IMG/VR virus record: IMGVR_UViG_3300012344_000011
Coordinates: 32,001-96,000 of that record
DNA length: 64,000 nucleotides
Direction: 5' to 3' (one strand)
Source: a virus
Lineage: Duplodnaviria > Caudoviricetes
Of the stretch, positions 59,843 through 64,000 are shown piece after piece. A program made the position numbers and the translations under genes. Positions within the stretch are counted from its first letter, which is position 1. Each line of letters starts with the position of its first letter. Under the pieces are notes generated by a model. The model searched no databases. It was not told the DNA's origin and worked only from the letters and a program-made list of their open reading frames with translations.

Positions 59843-61854
59843 TTAAGCTTGATTCCATCCACTAACTTTAGTCTCATCAGCACCAGCGCCTTCACGACCA
59901 TCTTCTGTTGTCTTAGCATCAGTATGTCCTGAAGCACTTGAAATAGTATCAATAATATCAATGGCATAGAGAACCTTACCAGACTCACCACGGACCTTAC
60001 CAAGAGTACAATCAATAGTAAAGTCAAATGTGGAGGGATCGCCAGTTGCAGCCATATTGAATGTAAAGTTACCCTGAATCTTACCTTTTGGAATAATGAA
60101 TGTCGCAGGGAAGTCTTTACCAGTACCTTCATCACGGAATAGGGTTTCAGCTTCAATATAGAAAGTACCACCAAAGTTTTCTGCATCAACAGTAAGAGTT
60201 GTTACAGGCATATCTGTTGTTGCATAGCAGTCAACTAAGCAAGTACGTCCATTATATTTGGCAATATCTTTAACATTAGCGGGAGCAAGAGTTATTACTA
60301 AACCATCGGTAGTATTAGCAGTAACATCATCAATTTCACCTTTACTAATATATTCAACAACGCCACTACCGTTATTATCTAAAATCATAGCATAAATTTG
60401 ATACTCTTCTGAAGTACCAATAGTTAAATCTCCGCCTTCTACTTTAGCAGAATCAGCTACATAGATCTCATATCCAGTAAAATCGTCTGCTTTAACAGTA
60501 ATTTTAGCACTTGTCACACCGCTATCTCCAGAAGTAACATCTACAGTGCCCTCAAGCGTTAGGTGAACCTTCTTAGCCTTCTTTTCTTGGTTAACAACAC
60601 CAGCGCCAGAAAGCATTGAGAAAGAAATTGGAGATAAAAGTGCTTCTGTAATTGTAAACGTTGCCGTTTTTTCACCTCGTTGTATTCCAATAAGTTCGTT
60701 ACTCTCATTGCGTTCTCTCATGAACTGCTGCACCTTTATTTATACGTGCAGATTAGACTATATCTTCATCCTGCTTTGCAGGAGTTTCGCACTTCGACCG
60801 CACTTGCGGCCTACGTCCCTGTGGACTAGTCGTTGAACCTTCTTTGTTTTAAACAATTCTCTCGTTGAGTTATTTTTTGTAAATTATTCAAATGATTATT
60901 AGATGGGTTTCCATCAATATGATCAATGACAAAGCCATCTAAATCAAAATCATTATGAAAAGTACAATAAACAAGTCTATGCACATAGTAATGTTTTTTA
61001 TTATTAAAACTTACTCTAACATATTTTTGGTTTTTATCTAAATATAACAACCTATTGGTTTTATTATTTTTTACTCTACCAAAAGATGAAACCGAGTACA
61101 TATTGTTCTCTTGGAAAACCATTCATTCTTCACCTTCTAAGTTTTCTAGGTGATACCTAGGAGGTCTTGGGTTATGCTTTTTTATAGCTTTATGTTCTGC
61201 GCAATTCTCTTGCGCATCAACCCATTTTAGGTTTTCTTTCTTATTATTCAATTTATTTTCATCTATATGATGAACATATGGTAAATTTTTTAGGTTTGGA
61301 ATAAAATATTCAGCAACAAGTCTATGAGCATAAACCATTTTAGATAATTTCCTTTTAGATGTTGAAACCTTATCTTGAATAGCTAATGCATACACTTTAT
61401 AACCTGTATTATCTATTTTTCCTTTTAAAAATCTAGATGTTTTTTTACTATATAATCTACCATCAGAATAAATCAAATAATCTGAATCTTCTTTTAATTG
61501 TTTAAAATCAAAGCTTGGCTGCTGATTGTCTTGCATAAAACCTCCTTTATTTCATACTCAATATAATATAACATAAAAAAGTCTTTTGTCAAGAGTTCCC
61601 AGCAATTCACGAAATTTTTCTATAGCGTATTACTACGCTACCTGAGCTAGTGTAAAACAATCCCAGGCAATTAGACGAGCATTACCACGCCCACCTTGCG
61701 CGTAGACTGTGGTAGTTGCGACTTCCATATTAGAAGCTGTTGCTGTATCAATATAAAGGCAAGGCTGATATGGCTCAAAGTGTTGAGAGCCAATGTCCAT
61801 CGCTGCTAAAGGACGAAAAGTAACATTAGCAATATCGCGTACACCAAATCGCAT
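59843..61854 (-). CDS. Major tail (tube) protein; exons 61854-61661 and 60677-59843 (342 aa; junction uncertain by 1-2 nt)
   Basis: YAQGGRGNARLIAW joined to GEKTATFTITEALLSP; FYIEAETLFR and ATGDPSTFDF motifs; strong RBS and a downstream terminator. Confidence 0.78.
60826..61536 (-). CDS. Intron-encoded tandem HNH endonuclease (236 aa), 1 TGA
   Basis: Two HRLV...H.D.N..NN...NL units joined by EGEE(TGA)MVF at 61123; RBS AAGGAGG. Confidence 0.85.
61563..61592 (-). promoter_or_regulatory. Possible SigA-type promoter inside the tail-gene intron
   Basis: TTGACA, then TG-N-TATATT (16-nt spacer) or TATTAT (18-nt spacer), upstream of the HNH RBS. Confidence 0.5.
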
Positions 61855-61998
61855 ATTTTTTCCTCCTTAAAAGAAAATAAATTATAACTTATTTTTTAAG
61901 ATTTTTAATATTATAATATCCTTGTAATCAAACAGACACGCGCTATCCATTTGACTCTTATATATATAAACTAGATTAAGGCACATCTAGATTATAAA

Positions 61999-62748
61999 CT
62001 AATAAATGTTTGCAGACCAATCGTCAGGTTCTTCCATTTTTGAAACATCCATCATTGGAGTAGTAGAAACCTTCTGATATAAATCACTGCTAACTTTTTT
62101 CCAATAACGATTAAAAGCATTCTGTAATTGAAAAGGAGTATAATTATAAAGTATGTTTATATCCATATTCATTCCAATAGAAAGAATAGAAGTATAAGAA
62201 CCAAATAAAGTTGCTTTCTCTGACTCTTGCGGTCCAGATTTCATAGCCTGGATCTTTTCGTGAGCTTTCTGAAACTTTTTAGCCAACTCCGCAGCTTTAC
62301 CATTTACAGGATTATAATCTTTGCCACCTGAGCCAATTAAAAATAAATTCTTAATAACTTCTTTAAAAGCTTCAACATTGAATGGATTGATCATACCGAC
62401 CCGTTTATCTTCTTGTTTAAATTCAATATCCTCTTCAATATTTACTTCGTAATTAGGAAAAACTAAAATAAAAAATTTATCGATACTTTCTTTTAAAAAA
62501 CCATCTTGTCGCATCAAAGCAACATAAATCTGATAATCTGTATAATTATTCAAATCAGGATTACCTTCTTTGATTTTTTCAATATGTGATTCTGGTTTTC
62601 CAAGAAAGTTCGCAGCTAATAAAAAATCACTTTCTCCAAAAGCAACAATCTGTTTTATAGAAGGCTGAATTGCAATAATATTGCAAGCCTTAATAGGAAC
62701 AGGCTGTCCACTCAAATATAAAGCAATATCGTCTCCTTTTAACGCCAT
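61999..62748 (-). CDS. Hypothetical morphogenesis-module protein
   Basis: 249-aa ORF with RBS GAGGTG; YNP and YTPFQL motifs; between the neck and tube genes. Confidence 0.65.
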   Translation of the reverse strand: MALKGDDIALYLSGQPVPIKACNIIAIQPSIKQIVAFGESDFLLAANFLGKPESHIEKIKEGNPDLNNYTDYQIYVALMRQDGFLKESIDKFFILVFPNYEVNIEEDIEFKQEDKRVGMINPFNVEAFKEVIKNLFLIGSGGKDYNPVNGKAAELAKKFQKAHEKIQAMKSGPQESEKATLFGSYTSILSIGMNMDINILYNYTPFQLQNAFNRYWKKVSSDLYQKVSTTPMMDVSKMEEPDDWSANIY

Positions 62749-62759
62749 TTATCTCACCT

Positions 62760-63356
62760 CTATTGGGGAGTGTAAATGTCTTCAAATTTTTCTTCATCAT
62801 CAGAGCCATGTGTGGCAATGTATCTTAATATCATACCACCCCAGTTTTCATCAAGTACAACTTGTGAAGCGCCCATAAATTGAAGTGTTCCAATTCCACT
62901 TAGCCGACTTTCATTGAGAATACCATCAATGTATCCAGCAATTTGATGCGGCCGCAGCTTATAATCATCTAGCTCCCATTCATCAAGATGACATAGAATT
63001 GTAAAATTAATAGTACAATCACGATACTGCGCATTAGAAGTTGGAATAAAATCGTCAAATTCTAGGAGAATAGAAGATTTAATATATTCATGATTTCCAA
63101 ATTGAAATCTTGGAACAGTGCTAATATATTGTTCTTCTTTTAGTTTTTTAAGATTAAAATTATCAATAATCTTTTGATATTCAGGATTATCGCCTAAACA
63201 ATCAGGTTTATTAATAATCAATAATCTTTTTAACATATCGCTGTAAGGACGACTTTCAATAAACAGCTTCCTTAAAATTGTTTCAGTATCTTTCTCGCAA
63301 GAGAGGAAACTTGCTTTAAAATCTTTAGGAAGCATTCTACTTCTTATAGTTGGCAT
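62760..63356 (-). CDS. Probable tail completion/terminator-type protein
   Basis: 198-aa ORF with LRPHQIAGYIDGILN..LSGIG.LQF motif; function inferred from synteny. Confidence 0.55.
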   Translation of the reverse strand: MPTIRSRMLPKDFKASFLSCEKDTETILRKLFIESRPYSDMLKRLLIINKPDCLGDNPEYQKIIDNFNLKKLKEEQYISTVPRFQFGNHEYIKSSILLEFDDFIPTSNAQYRDCTINFTILCHLDEWELDDYKLRPHQIAGYIDGILNESRLSGIGTLQFMGASQVVLDENWGGMILRYIATHGSDDEEKFEDIYTPQ

Positions 63357-63365
63357 AATCCCTCC

Positions 63366-63998
63366 TTACAAAGATAATATATTAATAGGAAGAGTAAATT
63401 TCTCTTCGCCTACAGAATAAACTAAGCTAAAAGAACCTGTGCGGCCAGTGATAATCTCAAGTCTACAAGTTCCATTTTCTTGCTTCAAAATTTCTGCGCA
63501 AGAAGGATCACTAATGGAATACTCTCCGCCCGCAATATCAATAGTGTAAGCTTGAATATCATATGGATATACATTAGTTTCTCCTTTGATATCATAGGTT
63601 GGAGGAGCAACTTCAATGATTTCTGGTATATCCTCTGTAATACTATCAAAATATTCATTTACTTCTAATTCAATTATGCCCGGAACAGTAATAGAATCTA
63701 CAACTTTTATTTGCCAATTATGTCCGTTAAGTTTGATTATAGTAAATCTATTAAAGTAGTCTAAGGTCTCTTGGGTTCTTTTTATATATACAGTACCAGA
63801 GTAGTTCAAATCATTCCAATTTACATTTTGCTTCAAATTTCATCTAATAGCAGTCTCTATTGGACCTTGAAAATAAACCCAATAGGCATTGTCATTGATA
63901 GTTAGCTGATATCGACAACGAATAATTTCTGCTCTTAGATAAGCAATCTCTGTTAGAATTGGTAAATATACCATCCAAGTCGTATCATCATCAATACA
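63366..63998 (-). CDS. Head-tail region structural protein (5' truncated by window), at least 1 TGA
   Basis: Frame open from the window end through TGA 63840 (ETAIRWNLK); Ig-like C-terminus. Confidence 0.65.
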
Positions 63999-64000
63999 TC

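Larger units (their letters stand above)
60678..61660 (-). mobile_element. Group I intron in the major tail gene
   Basis: P1 CCTGGG/CTCAGG; ACGACTA and AAGATATAGTC elements on the - strand; internal HNH ORF. Confidence 0.88.

Noticed and set aside
20702-63668. Many + strand ORFs over the late genes, and short - strand ORFs over the early genes
   Set aside because: They are antisense or off-frame shadows of longer genes, with no RBS or recognisable motifs.
1-64000. TAG recoding or TGA=Gly (code 25)
   Set aside because: TAG ends several genes at natural boundaries (e.g. 10760, 20524, 33252), and TGA-containing motifs require Trp.

Overview
This window is an AT-rich segment of a large tailed-phage genome with two convergent halves. 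The + strand (1-20.5 kb) carries replication and nucleotide genes: helicase end, primase, RecJ, two DNA methyltransferases, DnaE-type polymerase, guanylate kinase-like protein, nrdD/nrdG, dUTPase and a RuvC-like resolvase. The - strand (20.6-64 kb) carries tail morphogenesis and lysis genes, including a ~3046-aa tape measure protein. The main signal is TGA-to-Trp recoding. I traced 44 in-frame TGA codons in 18 genes, many at conserved Trp positions, and every real gene end I checked is TAA or TAG, so the supplied ORF track fragments these genes. An unusual 97-nt opal tRNA (anticodon UCA, 7/5 fold, 27-nt variable region, 4-bp anticodon stem) sits near the end of the early half beside a free-standing HNH gene. 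TGA is absent from core replication genes and from the endolysin, but present in several nucleases and most large tail genes. Seven group I introns were mapped to the nucleotide: helicase (3' end only), dnaE x2, nrdD x3 and tail tube x1; the last cannot have both canonical splice sites. Also noted: a recurring TKGRC-N9-TAAWW candidate phage promoter, strong TGCGG/CCGCA enrichment, an NrdR box, and an ATT start for the tape measure gene. All calls are by eye; no database searches were run.
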